Part shown: piece by piece, positions 36,755 to 47,177 of the stretch
Layout: each line of letters opens with the position of its first letter
Position numbering within the stretch: position 1 is the first letter of the stretch
From: a virus
Lineage: Duplodnaviria > Caudoviricetes
DNA length: 61,040 bases
Strand: one strand, 5' to 3'
Virus record (IMG/VR): IMGVR_UViG_3300033233_000042
Location: 1 to 61,040 of that record
Program-made: the position numbers and the translations under genes
Notes under the pieces: generated by a model
Databases searched by the model: none
Told to the model about the DNA's origin: nothing
Seen by the model: only the letters and a program-made list of their open reading frames with translations

Positions 36755-37087
36755 CTAGAAGTCTCTTAATATCTTTTCAAGATCGTCTTCCTCTTCTTCC
36801 TTATCCTCTTCTTCGATGACATCCGTTTCATTCTCTTCTGGAATCTCAGTTATGGATATATCCTTCTTGAGATCCTCAAATTCATCCTCTGTTTCCTCTT
36901 CCTGAAAGTCTTCTACCTCTCCCTTGGAAATGAGCTGCATCTTGTATGCCAGGGCGATGGTCTGTCTAACTTCCTTCAACAGGGCAAGAGTCTCCTGGTT
37001 AGTCTCACCGCTGTCAACCCGACTTTCCACTTCGTCCATAAGTTTAGCAGACACGTTTTTAAGCTTCTCAATAAGCTCGTTCCACAT
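36755..37087 (-). CDS. Acidic helical protein (110 aa), candidate terminase small subunit
   Basis: Two N-terminal helices and an Asp/Glu-rich tail; near terL. Function is inferred. Confidence 0.5.
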   Translation of the reverse strand: MWNELIEKLKNVSAKLMDEVESRVDSGETNQETLALLKEVRQTIALAYKMQLISKGEVEDFQEEETEDEFEDLKKDISITEIPEENETDVIEEEDKEEEEDDLEKILRDF

Positions 37088-37096
37088 ACATACCTC

Positions 37097-37243
37097 CTAC
37101 TTTTTGCTTTTCTTTTTCTTCTTCCAACCACCGCCTTTCTTTTTGACATAACCTGTTGACTTGGAACAAATAGCATAGGCTTGGTCTTTTGTGTATCCTT
37201 TTCTCTGGACTTTCTTTACACAATCGTCTAACTTCTTTGGCAT
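37097..37243 (-). CDS. Small Lys-rich protein, 48 aa (MPKKLDDCVKKV..AYAIC..KKKKKSKK), not in ORF track
   Basis: AGGAGG RBS, fills the gap, and has the C(V)..AYAIC pattern recurrent in small basic phage proteins. Confidence 0.75.
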   Translation of the reverse strand: MPKKLDDCVKKVQRKGYTKDQAYAICSKSTGYVKKKGGGWKKKKKSKK

Positions 37244-37244
37244 G

Positions 37245-40200
37245 CTAATCCTCCTTGTATGCTCTTACTCTACCTTGCCTCATTCTCTCTCTTATAACTA
37301 TGTTAAGCACCTTGCTGGCTTCCCGCATAGCAGCTGCCTTTATTCTGGGGTCTAGTTTAGACTGTCTTATTGATTGGATTATCCTAGGAAGGGCAGTTCT
37401 TCTGACTTCTTCTAGTGCCGCTCTATCTCTATACTTAATCGCTGCGTCCACCTGATCGATAATGTAAAGTTCCTTCATCAGCTTCCTGACAATCCCAGCA
37501 CCGACGCTCTCATAAAAATTGCTTCTACTCTTAGCCGGGATGAGATCCATCCTTTTGAGTTCTGTTGCCAACCTTGCATATTCGTCGAAGAACCTATCTA
37601 TATCCTTCTGCACAAACTCATTGTGCATATTCTGAACAACATAATTCTCGAAATCATCCATGATCTTGGCCTTGAACGATAGCGCTTCCATGAACTGTGC
37701 GAAGTCCATAAACCATCTATGTTCTGGCAAGGTAGCGTAGTTCCTATATCTCAACCCAACAGCGCCTATCAACCCGATAGGGACAATAGACTTTATCCCA
37801 GCTATGAGCCTCTCCGAAATTGGAAGATCCCTGTTAGAAGTAAGCTCTCCCGCTAACCTGGCTAGAGAGGACATCTTCGTTGTCAAATATCTCCCGAACT
37901 CTTTACTCATCCCACCGAACAGGAACATGAGCTTTTCCAACACTGTCATGTCTTTCCTGGTAATTACCTTGCCTAGATTCTCCAGCAGAAAGGCGCTTCC
38001 AAAAAACATTTCAAGTGGCTCAAGCTCCACATTAGCAATATCTAAGGTCAAGAGCTTCCTTCTCCCTGTTTTGTCAACAAGGGGAATAGTTATCCTGAAC
38101 AGATCTCTCCAGCTCTTCAGCGCCTCTATCGGATCGTTTGAGACTCTCTCGAATATACTTTGTCCGCTGACTGCTGAGTGAATAATGTTTGCTATATACA
38201 GATGCAACCTGAGCATAGCAGGATAAAAATCCACAACCAAGGATGTTGCATCCTTAGCAGCCCACCTGGAGAAGTTGCGCCAGAGGGAGAGATACCAATC
38301 GGGAGCGAACATCAGGAGCCTCAACCACATCTGCTTCTTCGGGGAAATAAAGAACCAATCCTTAGCCCCACCGAAAATGTTATTGATCTCCTCTATATTC
38401 CTAACGGCCTCCTCTAGCGAGAGCTCACCTCTTTTGAACATATCTACGTAGTGCTTTGCGATAAGGATCTTGTAGTCTCGATATAACAAGTCCCAGGTAA
38501 GATGCTCATCTAGGTTGAACACCTTCCAGACCTTGTCTGAATATTTAGCAATATAAGGACTAGAGGTAAGCTTATCGTAAAGGCTCTGTAGAAATTTGCT
38601 TCTAAGTTCTTTGTCCATCTGGGACATGCCGACACTAAGAAACGGCGCTAAATCTTCTCTTCTGGCAAGCATCAGGAAATCTATGACCTCATCGAATGCG
38701 CTAGCAACATCATAGACACTCTTACCTTGGAAGACGCTCCAGAGAGCATTCCTTAGAGCTGTGGTTGTGACTCCCAAAGGAACGTTTGCTGATGTCGCAG
38801 ATTTGGTTAAAGTAACAGCATGGAACAGAGAGAACTTAAGCACCATATGCTTGATCATGCTGTTTACCCACGTAAGAGCATTGCTTCCTTGTCTCGCCCA
38901 GGGAATATCAGGTCTCAGTCTTGCATAGGACATAAGGTTGTCGAGCATATGCTTGAGGCCTCGGTGCATATAAAGTGTCTGCGTAGTTACACCCCAGATG
39001 GGTGGAATCTTCTCCCAATTCCATCGTTCTGTTTTCAGAAGACCAAGTTTCTGAATCTTCAGTTCTGTATAGACACCCCATATCCCTTTCTCAATTGCCC
39101 TATTCACAAACTTCCTGTATTCCTCTATTGCTTGAGGAAGTTGTCTTCCTATCACCCATGCTTTAACTAGATCAGAGCTTTGTTTAAATTCTGGATACAA
39201 CGCTTCAGGTGTGTTGCTTCTCAATGCATGCTTGATATGCTCTGTCAAAGTCGCAACCTTCCTTCTCTTGAGAGCATTCCGCCAGGAAGCAGCATTAGCT
39301 CCTACATATTGATTGATAGCCTGAGAGATATCGATAACATCCTCGGTTCTGAATCTGAGCGGGTAGAAGCTCTCTCTTGGCATATAAGTAAGAAACTGGA
39401 CAAAGAGAGGATGATCTAACGACGGTTCTTTCCTTATATACTTTAATAGACCCTTGGCAATGTTGTTTTCCGTCTCTCGTATTGTTGTTGCTGGTTCTAT
39501 ACCGACCCCTTTCAGCTTATCTATGAAAGCAAGAGAACGCCTGAATCCTTTCCTAATAGTAGTCCTCTTGAAATTGAATGCTTCTTCTAATGCTTTTAAT
39601 TCCCTGCTAGAAATGAGTTTATTTTTCAACGCCTTATTGCCCATCTTGAAGAAGGACACGACGATATCTGATTCAAATGGGATTCCTACTTCTCTTCTAA
39701 ATGCCTTCTCTGCCTCCTTTGCAACATCTTTTGCTTTTGTTGTTGGAGCAAATATTTTGGCAAATTCCGTCCTCAGTATCTCTCTCACTTCATCGTCTGA
39801 TCTGGTCTTCCTGCCGATATATTTCATTGCGCTTTTGACTGCCGCTAAGAAGAACTTCTGTCGCTCCAAGTTCTGGGATAAAACAAAGACAGAATACGAA
39901 TCTAGCTCTCTATTGGCCAAGAGATTTCTCACAACATACTTAGCATCGGATGCTCTACCGGTAGCTGCAAGCGCTCTAAGATATAGCTCGTTTATCTCTT
40001 CGAGTACCCTCGGGTCTACATCTCCTCCTAATCTGTAAAGATCACTTACTTTCTTAATGTCTTCTGGCAACTCCAGAATAGCCTTAACACCACGCAGTCT
40101 TGTGATGACATTCTTGTGTGGAGATACAATGTTGTTATAATCTTTCAGAGCATTTAAATATTCGTCCTTGTATCGAGTATATACCTTTCTGAACTCGCTT

Positions 40201-41147
40201 ATAAGATCCCTAGTGGCTATGGCATACCAGTTCTTACGAAAGGCATCATAAGCCTCATCACCATATCTTCCTAGGGGTTTATATACTTCGTCGTGAAACT
40301 TCTCCAGGAGATCCCTGGGCATAAGCTCTAAGGCAGCAGCCACGGATGTCCTTCTGTGAGGGTGGAACTTAGATTCATAGTTAAGTATGAACTCTATCTC
40401 TTCGTCCTTAAAGAACTTCTTCAGATATCTCACATAGTGATCTGTAAATTCCTTAGATGCAATGAATCTAGCAATCCTCTCTGACTGGTTATTCAGAACC
40501 GCTTCACCTACCGCTTCTAATGAGGCGAACCCACCAAGTAATCTTCTCACCTCTTTGGGGACATCATCAAAGAATACCTTATCAACCAGCTTACCTGCAA
40601 TCTCCTTAACCCTATTATACGTCTTAGTCTTACTCAGAATGTTCCCGGCTAGATGGAAGGATCCTCGCAGTCCGTGGACAGGAAGTGTAACAGCGACAGC
40701 ACTGAGGCCACCGCCAGCAATCTCTTTTGGTAAGCCTGTGCTTTCACCTCCAATCTCTCGCATGACTCCTGTAGCAGTGCCACTAGCAATACCACCAGCG
40801 AGAGCACGCTTGAGAGATAGTCTAAAAGCAGAAGCAGCACTCTGGACGCCCTTTTCTGCCATGACACCCGGCTTAAGTCCACCGGCGAGTTCTAACCCCA
40901 TCTCGGTGAGCTTTCCTACTGGTTCGCTTTTCTTCTTGATTTCCGGAAGCACAGCCTTCATTGAGTAACCACCGACTAGGACAGGCAATGCTAATCCACC
41001 AATAGTCCCTCCGATAATAGTGCCAGCAGGAGCGGCAAGAGCAGTAGCAGCAACAGCTACCCCGCCCATCCCAATAGCTTCCACTGTATCTACAAAGGAT
41101 GGGGTAAATTTCTCTGTGACATGATCCTTTATGAATAAAGCGTCCAT
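37245..41147 (-). CDS. Large internal virion/DNA ejection protein (1300 aa)
   Basis: Largest ORF, Gly/Ala-rich N-terminus, last of the ejection-protein block; MFAPDW motif. Confidence 0.65.
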   Translation of the reverse strand: MDALFIKDHVTEKFTPSFVDTVEAIGMGGVAVAATALAAPAGTIIGGTIGGLALPVLVGGYSMKAVLPEIKKKSEPVGKLTEMGLELAGGLKPGVMAEKGVQSAASAFRLSLKRALAGGIASGTATGVMREIGGESTGLPKEIAGGGLSAVAVTLPVHGLRGSFHLAGNILSKTKTYNRVKEIAGKLVDKVFFDDVPKEVRRLLGGFASLEAVGEAVLNNQSERIARFIASKEFTDHYVRYLKKFFKDEEIEFILNYESKFHPHRRTSVAAALELMPRDLLEKFHDEVYKPLGRYGDEAYDAFRKNWYAIATRDLISEFRKVYTRYKDEYLNALKDYNNIVSPHKNVITRLRGVKAILELPEDIKKVSDLYRLGGDVDPRVLEEINELYLRALAATGRASDAKYVVRNLLANRELDSYSVFVLSQNLERQKFFLAAVKSAMKYIGRKTRSDDEVREILRTEFAKIFAPTTKAKDVAKEAEKAFRREVGIPFESDIVVSFFKMGNKALKNKLISSRELKALEEAFNFKRTTIRKGFRRSLAFIDKLKGVGIEPATTIRETENNIAKGLLKYIRKEPSLDHPLFVQFLTYMPRESFYPLRFRTEDVIDISQAINQYVGANAASWRNALKRRKVATLTEHIKHALRSNTPEALYPEFKQSSDLVKAWVIGRQLPQAIEEYRKFVNRAIEKGIWGVYTELKIQKLGLLKTERWNWEKIPPIWGVTTQTLYMHRGLKHMLDNLMSYARLRPDIPWARQGSNALTWVNSMIKHMVLKFSLFHAVTLTKSATSANVPLGVTTTALRNALWSVFQGKSVYDVASAFDEVIDFLMLARREDLAPFLSVGMSQMDKELRSKFLQSLYDKLTSSPYIAKYSDKVWKVFNLDEHLTWDLLYRDYKILIAKHYVDMFKRGELSLEEAVRNIEEINNIFGGAKDWFFISPKKQMWLRLLMFAPDWYLSLWRNFSRWAAKDATSLVVDFYPAMLRLHLYIANIIHSAVSGQSIFERVSNDPIEALKSWRDLFRITIPLVDKTGRRKLLTLDIANVELEPLEMFFGSAFLLENLGKVITRKDMTVLEKLMFLFGGMSKEFGRYLTTKMSSLARLAGELTSNRDLPISERLIAGIKSIVPIGLIGAVGLRYRNYATLPEHRWFMDFAQFMEALSFKAKIMDDFENYVVQNMHNEFVQKDIDRFFDEYARLATELKRMDLIPAKSRSNFYESVGAGIVRKLMKELYIIDQVDAAIKYRDRAALEEVRRTALPRIIQSIRQSKLDPRIKAAAMREASKVLNIVIRERMRQGRVRAYKED

Positions 41148-41148
41148 G

Positions 41149-42777
41149 TTACTTCCCTTGCTCTATGACTGTATATTTCGGATCCTCTAGCATCTTATTA
41201 ATGGCACCCCAGAGAGTCTTATCATTTGTGTTCTCCACAGCCTTAGTGGCTACTTCTTGTAATTGATCCATGATCTTTCTAGCTTCCTCATAGTTTCCTT
41301 TGTTGATCTGCTCCTCCAGCTGCCTCTTCAGTTCTAGGAAAGACTTGTAATATTCTACATTCACCCTCTTTTCCTTCTCTTTCTTAGGCACACTGGGAAC
41401 CTTGATACCATACACAGCACCGAGCAGAGCGGCTTGCCTTCTAAGTTCTTCCGCCTTTTTGCTGTCGGTCTTTTCTACTTCATCCGCCTGCCTGTATAAC
41501 TGATCTATCTCTTCTGCAGCTCTAGCTTTCGCATCAACATGTCTTTCCCAAACATCCCCACTGCTTCTTATGACCCTTCCGGCTGCCATCATGGCATCAT
41601 GCAGCATTCTCGTGTTGAACTTAAGCCATTCCAGCTTGTTTTGCTCCAGCATCTTCAGATTCATTAACTTCTCCTGTTGAGAGAGCACCATGTCTTTCAG
41701 TATCATATCCCGGTCATTTCTTAGTTTCTCCAGAAGGATATCTCCATGCAGTTTTACTTTCTCTAGCTCGAATTTGAATCGCTCTAACTGTCGCTTATAT
41801 TCTTCCTCATCCATCTCCTTCCACTGCCTCATAACGTTTGGCAGAGCGCTAGTAAACCCAAGAACAGCAGTCCCACCCATACCAACTGCAGCAAGACCTG
41901 TGATAGCAACCGCAAGATTCCTGAAGAGCTCATTCTTCTTACCTTCGTCTTTAATCTCATAGTTTATGAGCGGCTTATATACCTCCAACAGCTTGTCGTA
42001 TATTTTGTTAGACATATCCACATACTTGCTCATCAGATCCGCCAACTTTGCATCTGCCTCTTCTGCTTTCTTCCTGTATCCCTCTATGTTTCCCTTGAAT
42101 AACTCATTGATCGCATCAGCTGTGGACTGTTCGATAACAGAAGGACTTTCTCCCCCGAGAGCGGTTGCAAGCTTCTCATGTGTGCTAGACAAGGGGGAAG
42201 TGGAGAGTCTAGGTTCAGGACTAGGCCTGGAAACTTTATTTGCCACTACGCTCTTCTCTTTGCCTACTTTTGGAGAGAACCTTTCAGTTTCATCCACAAT
42301 AGGGGTATCCTTACCAACAAGTTTTACCAACTCATCTAGGACACCTCTCTCCGCATCTGAGAGTTTGCCTCCAACAGATTCAACAACCATAGAGTAAGCA
42401 TTCGCAAAGGATCCCATAGTGTATGGAAAACCGCCATATTTTATTGTCTCGAGCGCTTTCCTTACTCTCTCCTCATTAAGCTTAGACATCAGCTCTTGGA
42501 CTCTGACGCCTACATCTACCTCTTGCTTCTGCTCCTGTTGCTCCTGCTTCTGCTCTTGCTGCCTAGTCTCACCAGGAGGTTGAGCAGGTTTACCGAACAA
42601 TTTCTGCAGGCTGTCATTTGCAAAGGACAGAGATTTCCTGACGATCTCTGCTATCGTTCCGGTGGTATTCTGTGCAACAGGCCTGGATGGTTCTCCTGTC
42701 ACTATTGTCTTTTGGTCATCATCCTTGGGAACTACCCCCTCCACTACTGCATCTCCAATAATTCCTTCCAAAGACAT
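41149..42777 (-). CDS. Putative ejection protein (542 aa), copy B
   Basis: Orthologue of 107-1720. Confidence 0.6.
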   Translation of the reverse strand: MSLEGIIGDAVVEGVVPKDDDQKTIVTGEPSRPVAQNTTGTIAEIVRKSLSFANDSLQKLFGKPAQPPGETRQQEQKQEQQEQKQEVDVGVRVQELMSKLNEERVRKALETIKYGGFPYTMGSFANAYSMVVESVGGKLSDAERGVLDELVKLVGKDTPIVDETERFSPKVGKEKSVVANKVSRPSPEPRLSTSPLSSTHEKLATALGGESPSVIEQSTADAINELFKGNIEGYRKKAEEADAKLADLMSKYVDMSNKIYDKLLEVYKPLINYEIKDEGKKNELFRNLAVAITGLAAVGMGGTAVLGFTSALPNVMRQWKEMDEEEYKRQLERFKFELEKVKLHGDILLEKLRNDRDMILKDMVLSQQEKLMNLKMLEQNKLEWLKFNTRMLHDAMMAAGRVIRSSGDVWERHVDAKARAAEEIDQLYRQADEVEKTDSKKAEELRRQAALLGAVYGIKVPSVPKKEKEKRVNVEYYKSFLELKRQLEEQINKGNYEEARKIMDQLQEVATKAVENTNDKTLWGAINKMLEDPKYTVIEQGK

Positions 42778-42786
42778 GATACCCTC

Positions 42787-43389
42787 CTATGCGCCCCAAG
42801 CTGTTTTTTGCCAATCTTCCCAAGCCTTGCTCAGACTAGAAAATCCGCTGGAGAGACCTTGCATAGCTCCGGATGTAATTGCGGATGTTGCTTGAGTCCC
42901 AGCAAGATATCCCTGAGTAGCGGTTCCATATGCCTGTAGTTCTCTGGTTAAGATATCAATATCCGCTTCTGCTAGTCCTTGCTGACTGAGAGCCGTTTTC
43001 AGCTGTTGATTTAAAAGATCATAGTAAGTGTTCTGATACCATCTGTCTAGCTCGGCTTTTGCCTGTAGAGCTACGGAAGAATTAGCCAGTCCTCTAGCGC
43101 TGAGGTTGGACATAACCTGCTCGTATTTCTGCCTGTAAGCTTCGTCCAGCATGTTTTTATACTGAGGCAACAACTGTCCAGCCCGATATTGCTCTAGAGC
43201 CTGAGCTATATTCTGTCTGGCCTGCTCGGAGAGACCACTAATAGACGGAAGCCTGGCTCGAATCTGGTTAAAGATATCTCTTGGGATCCTTGGGCTAGGA
43301 GGTCTTGGCGCACTTACAAGGCTATAGATTGATGTTCCTATTGCCGTCAATCCAGCTATTGCCGTAATTATTGGTACTACCGCTGCCAT
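42787..43389 (-). CDS. Putative ejection protein (200 aa), copy B
   Basis: Orthologue of 1730-2332. Confidence 0.6.
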   Translation of the reverse strand: MAAVVPIITAIAGLTAIGTSIYSLVSAPRPPSPRIPRDIFNQIRARLPSISGLSEQARQNIAQALEQYRAGQLLPQYKNMLDEAYRQKYEQVMSNLSARGLANSSVALQAKAELDRWYQNTYYDLLNQQLKTALSQQGLAEADIDILTRELQAYGTATQGYLAGTQATSAITSGAMQGLSSGFSSLSKAWEDWQKTAWGA

Positions 43390-43392
43390 ATC

Positions 43393-43905
43393 TTATCCTC
43401 CATACCATCTCCTAAATTGTTCTTCTATATCAAACCCCTGTATTCCAAGCTCAGCCATGGATCTGTTAATATTCTCCTTCCATTCCTGCCACGACTTCTG
43501 TATGTTGCTAAAATCAATATTAGAACCAAATCTCCTAGCTCCTTCTGTCGCAAGTTTGAAGGTCTGATAGGCTTCTGGAGAGCCAATGGTAGAAGCAATC
43601 TCTTGCGCAACGGGAGCTGTCTTTTGTTGATATGATTGTATATTCTTCTGCAAAGAAGACTGGAAGAAATCCCTGAGGTTACTATAGTCTCCAATAGCAC
43701 CTACACTTTGCGTTCTCTCTCCGTATGTTAACGCCTTCTGAAAAGCAGGGCTTATCCTCTCACTGTACTGCTTCATTAGGGCACTCATCACTGTAGTATA
43801 CAAATCAGAAGCAACATTAGGAGCTGGACTAGAGGAGGAAATTCTCTGCATGAACTCCTGATATTCCTTCTGCCACTGTGGTATATGTGGTCTTCTCGCT
43901 CCCAT
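43393..43905 (-). CDS. Hypothetical protein (170 aa), copy B
   Basis: Orthologue of 2336-2848. Confidence 0.7.
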   Translation of the reverse strand: MGARRPHIPQWQKEYQEFMQRISSSSPAPNVASDLYTTVMSALMKQYSERISPAFQKALTYGERTQSVGAIGDYSNLRDFFQSSLQKNIQSYQQKTAPVAQEIASTIGSPEAYQTFKLATEGARRFGSNIDFSNIQKSWQEWKENINRSMAELGIQGFDIEEQFRRWYGG

Positions 43906-44239
43906 TTCTTATCCTCCTTAATATCCATTTTCTAGCTTTGCTGTCCCAATATAGTAGATGAGTGAACATTTCTTTCCCTAACCTAAGGAGGGACAGCACG
44001 TCTCTTATATCTTTTATATTTCCCCAGAAATGATATACCAATCCTACTTCTCCTTCAAGCTTTAAGTCGTCCAAATAGAAGTCCTGTGTTTCAACTATTC
44101 TTTTTGCGGTCTCTAGATCTGTTCTGCAGTAGACAACAAGAAAATCCCTATGGGCGAAGTAGAGACCGCTCTTGAGCATAGCATCAATTAACTCGAAGAT
44201 TATCTTGTTCTGTTCTAAATGATATAGATACCTTTCCAC
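43829..44239 (-). CDS. Hypothetical protein (136 aa), copy B
   Basis: Orthologue of 2772-3182. Confidence 0.65.
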   Translation of the reverse strand: MERYLYHLEQNKIIFELIDAMLKSGLYFAHRDFLVVYCRTDLETAKRIVETQDFYLDDLKLEGEVGLVYHFWGNIKDIRDVLSLLRLGKEMFTHLLYWDSKARKWILRRIRNGSEKTTYTTVAEGISGVHAENFLL

Positions 44240-44801
44240 CTCTTAACCTCCTAAATTGTTCAGCCAGACAATCATACTGCAACACGAAGAACTTGCGGAT
44301 GTCGTCGCTAGTCAGAAAAGAACAGGCTCTATAAACTACCAACATTTTATAGACTTCCGGAATAAAATCATCCTTCTCTTCTTCATCGCTTTCTTTCTCG
44401 AATCGCCTAAACCACGGTAAGTAGACAACATCTAGGACACCCTTGTAAATCCCGGTCGGGATCAGAATAATCTTGCTACCTTCTAATCGATATCCACACG
44501 GATATATTCCCTTGTCAAACAATCCCTTATGCACTCCTACTTGTGCTTCCGGCAACAGTCTAACCCTCGCATCTGGAAATTGGTAAGATGTGAAGTAAAC
44601 CCTCCTTGGAGTTCCCACAAAACCATCTATCCCCCACCCGTTCACCACAAAGGAACATCCATCATATAATTCCATATCGTTTGCGACCCATAGTCTGGCC
44701 GAATTAACTGCTTCTACTAACCTATCACCATCTATACCTAATTCCCGTGGTTCGATAAATACCCTAATATTTCTCAAATAATCACCGAGCTTGATTGACA
44801 T
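44184..44801 (-). CDS. Head-tail adaptor-like protein 2, copy B
   Basis: Orthologue of 3127-3750; start set at ATG 44801. Confidence 0.5.
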   Translation of the reverse strand: MSIKLGDYLRNIRVFIEPRELGIDGDRLVEAVNSARLWVANDMELYDGCSFVVNGWGIDGFVGTPRRVYFTSYQFPDARVRLLPEAQVGVHKGLFDKGIYPCGYRLEGSKIILIPTGIYKGVLDVVYLPWFRRFEKESDEEEKDDFIPEVYKMLVVYRACSFLTSDDIRKFFVLQYDCLAEQFRRLRGGKVSISFRTEQDNLRVN

Positions 44802-45165
44802 TGTATTCCTCCGATAACTGTTGAAACACTGCATCTACATCCTGATGCATTATGTATTCTACCATCTTTAACTGCTCAAAGGAACTAGCAGGTAGAACCT
44901 TCGGCAGAAAAATTACAGGAGTAGGAAGAGATGCTAGAACAGAATGTAATGTGTCATTCAAGAACTGATGAAACTGAAGGTTGATCTGTATAAACTCTCT
45001 CTGATCTCTTATCTCTCTTAGTATAAGCTCAAAAGGAAGAATTGTCGGGACATTTAGATTCAAAGAACGGATAATTGCATTCGTAGCCTCGACAAAGCTA
45101 ATATGATCTTGTGTAGCATTCTCAATGAACCTGAGCTCATCATCCTCTATCTTGACCCTAACCAT
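44782..45165 (-). CDS. Hypothetical virion protein (127 aa), copy B
   Basis: Orthologue of 3740-4114. Confidence 0.7.
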   Translation of the reverse strand: MVRVKIEDDELRFIENATQDHISFVEATNAIIRSLNLNVPTILPFELILREIRDQREFIQINLQFHQFLNDTLHSVLASLPTPVIFLPKVLPASSFEQLKMVEYIMHQDVDAVFQQLSEEYNVNQAR

Positions 45166-47174
45166 GCTGGAGTCTGCCCATAGAAGTAATTGATTTCTCC
45201 TAGTAAGGTAAGTTTCATTTTAATGAAATGAATATACATAAACATATCAGAGTCATCAGATATCTCTAACCAGAGATAGATTCCCTTCTTCAACAGTGTG
45301 GGCTTATATCCAACCAGGTCGACATAATATTGGACAAGCTTTTCTATAACATATTGGTCATCAAACCCGACCTTCACCGGGCATGTCACGTTGGTCTTTA
45401 TAAGCATCTCTCGTATGTATTTGTATTTCTTAATACCAAGATCAAACGGACATAATCTAACTGTCATTGGATAATACGTCGTCTGGTCAAACATCACATG
45501 TAGTGCTACAGTCCCTGTTTGATTTGGATATGGATACTCAATCAGGGAACAATTCTCACTATTAGGATTTGTAAAACTTCGTATCGCTCGAAAGGGAAGT
45601 TGGAACCAAATGTCATACTCTACACAATAACAGAGAGTAAGATCATCATATCTATATGGTATAGCTAAACAGTTCTTGTCTTCAAGTGAAAATACCCCTG
45701 CTTTGAAATGATCTAGCAATGGAACCTGATCTGCGACAAGATTATCTATCCGCTCGAGAGTGTTTGTCCTGAGTCTGTATATCCCAGTCTTATCCACTAA
45801 AAAGATCATGTCCCGTATTACCATCAGAGTGGACTTTGTGAATGGCATAGAGATGCCTGTATCCAAAAGGTAGAAGCTAGATGGGATATTGGATGCTATA
45901 CTGGCAGAGAGAATAAACAAGTTTCCGTCTGTGAATATGTAGAGCATATCATTGATAACATAAAGCCAGCTTATCCACGAAACGGTTGGGTGAGTAATAA
46001 GTATGTATCCTCCACCTTCAGTAGACAAAAAAACATCCTTAGGAGGATCCCCACTAGTCCAATTCTGTTGTCCGTCATCAGAGAACGTTGTAGTTGTGAC
46101 TTCTACATAGGCTACCTGACTACCACTAGTTGATCCCCGCCATACCCTATATTTCACAGCACCAGGGCAGGCATCCCAACTTATAACGGTAGTCCCATTC
46201 TCAGTAAATGGAGAATTTGTCCATGTCAGGGTTCCGTTGTCCACTAGTGAGGTTCCGGTGACATCTATGTATTGATTTTCTTGTCCACTCGCCGTTCCTC
46301 TCCACACCCTATATCTATTTACGCCTTCTGCTGGAGTCCACGATAGAGTTATAGTCTTGTTATTATTATCTGTTGTGGCAGCGATTTCCCCTGTGGCTCT
46401 ATAGACTTTTCCTGCATCATCTAGAGAGGAGACCCGATAATAGTATGTCCCAGGTGAAAGATTACCGCCTGAGGATACTGATATAGACAGATTTGTAGGT
46501 GGTTTATAGATAGTAGCTTTTACCTCTTCGCTGAGCCCTGTCCATCCCCCATCTGTAGATCCAGCCGACACTCTGTAATAAAATGTTCCCCAATTTGTTC
46601 CGCCAGATGCATAGTCAACTTTGATGTTCTTAGGGACTGTCGTATTAGCAGCAAAGTTGGTTTTGCTTACATCTTGAAAATCTACCGAAGAGAAGTATAA
46701 GACCTTTCCATTCGATACAAAGAGACGCCCTCTATATACACATGCCCTGTCCCCATTTGCAGTGTTATAGGTCGAAATAAGAGTCCCATCTCGCTTGAAT
46801 CTATAAACCTTATTTCTTGTAGTAACAAAAAAGAGCAGGTCATCATATCCACCTGCCCACTGGACATCCTCATCTACCGTTACCTTGATTGACGTCTTAC
46901 CAACCGTATCCACAACTTCACAAGATTTACCGAACCAAAGGTAAGCATATCTACCATCGTTGTTAAATCCATTTATAGCACCAAAAGAAGAAGTGAAGAA
47001 GGGGGTGCTCTTAGGAACCTTCTTCCACCCGAGCTTAAGGTCTGGCATGGCTGTAAGCTTCTGGCACATCCCAGGCTTGGTCGTTGCATCTCCCACATTG
47101 GTTGCCAATCCCAGGATGTGAAAATCTTGTTCAATGTTCTGAACAACCTCGTTCTGTTTCCTTCTTCTAGCCAT
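45147..47174 (-). CDS. Tail nozzle/stabilisation protein with Ig/Fn3-like insert (675 aa), copy B
   Basis: Orthologue of 4096-6123. Confidence 0.65.
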   Translation of the reverse strand: MARRRKQNEVVQNIEQDFHILGLATNVGDATTKPGMCQKLTAMPDLKLGWKKVPKSTPFFTSSFGAINGFNNDGRYAYLWFGKSCEVVDTVGKTSIKVTVDEDVQWAGGYDDLLFFVTTRNKVYRFKRDGTLISTYNTANGDRACVYRGRLFVSNGKVLYFSSVDFQDVSKTNFAANTTVPKNIKVDYASGGTNWGTFYYRVSAGSTDGGWTGLSEEVKATIYKPPTNLSISVSSGGNLSPGTYYYRVSSLDDAGKVYRATGEIAATTDNNNKTITLSWTPAEGVNRYRVWRGTASGQENQYIDVTGTSLVDNGTLTWTNSPFTENGTTVISWDACPGAVKYRVWRGSTSGSQVAYVEVTTTTFSDDGQQNWTSGDPPKDVFLSTEGGGYILITHPTVSWISWLYVINDMLYIFTDGNLFILSASIASNIPSSFYLLDTGISMPFTKSTLMVIRDMIFLVDKTGIYRLRTNTLERIDNLVADQVPLLDHFKAGVFSLEDKNCLAIPYRYDDLTLCYCVEYDIWFQLPFRAIRSFTNPNSENCSLIEYPYPNQTGTVALHVMFDQTTYYPMTVRLCPFDLGIKKYKYIREMLIKTNVTCPVKVGFDDQYVIEKLVQYYVDLVGYKPTLLKKGIYLWLEISDDSDMFMYIHFIKMKLTLLGEINYFYGQTPAWLGSR

Positions 47175-47177
47175 GCC

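Noticed and set aside
36976-37176. 66-aa ORF from the track
   Set aside because: The alternative frame 37097-37243 has a strong RBS, packs cleanly and gives a recognisable small basic protein.
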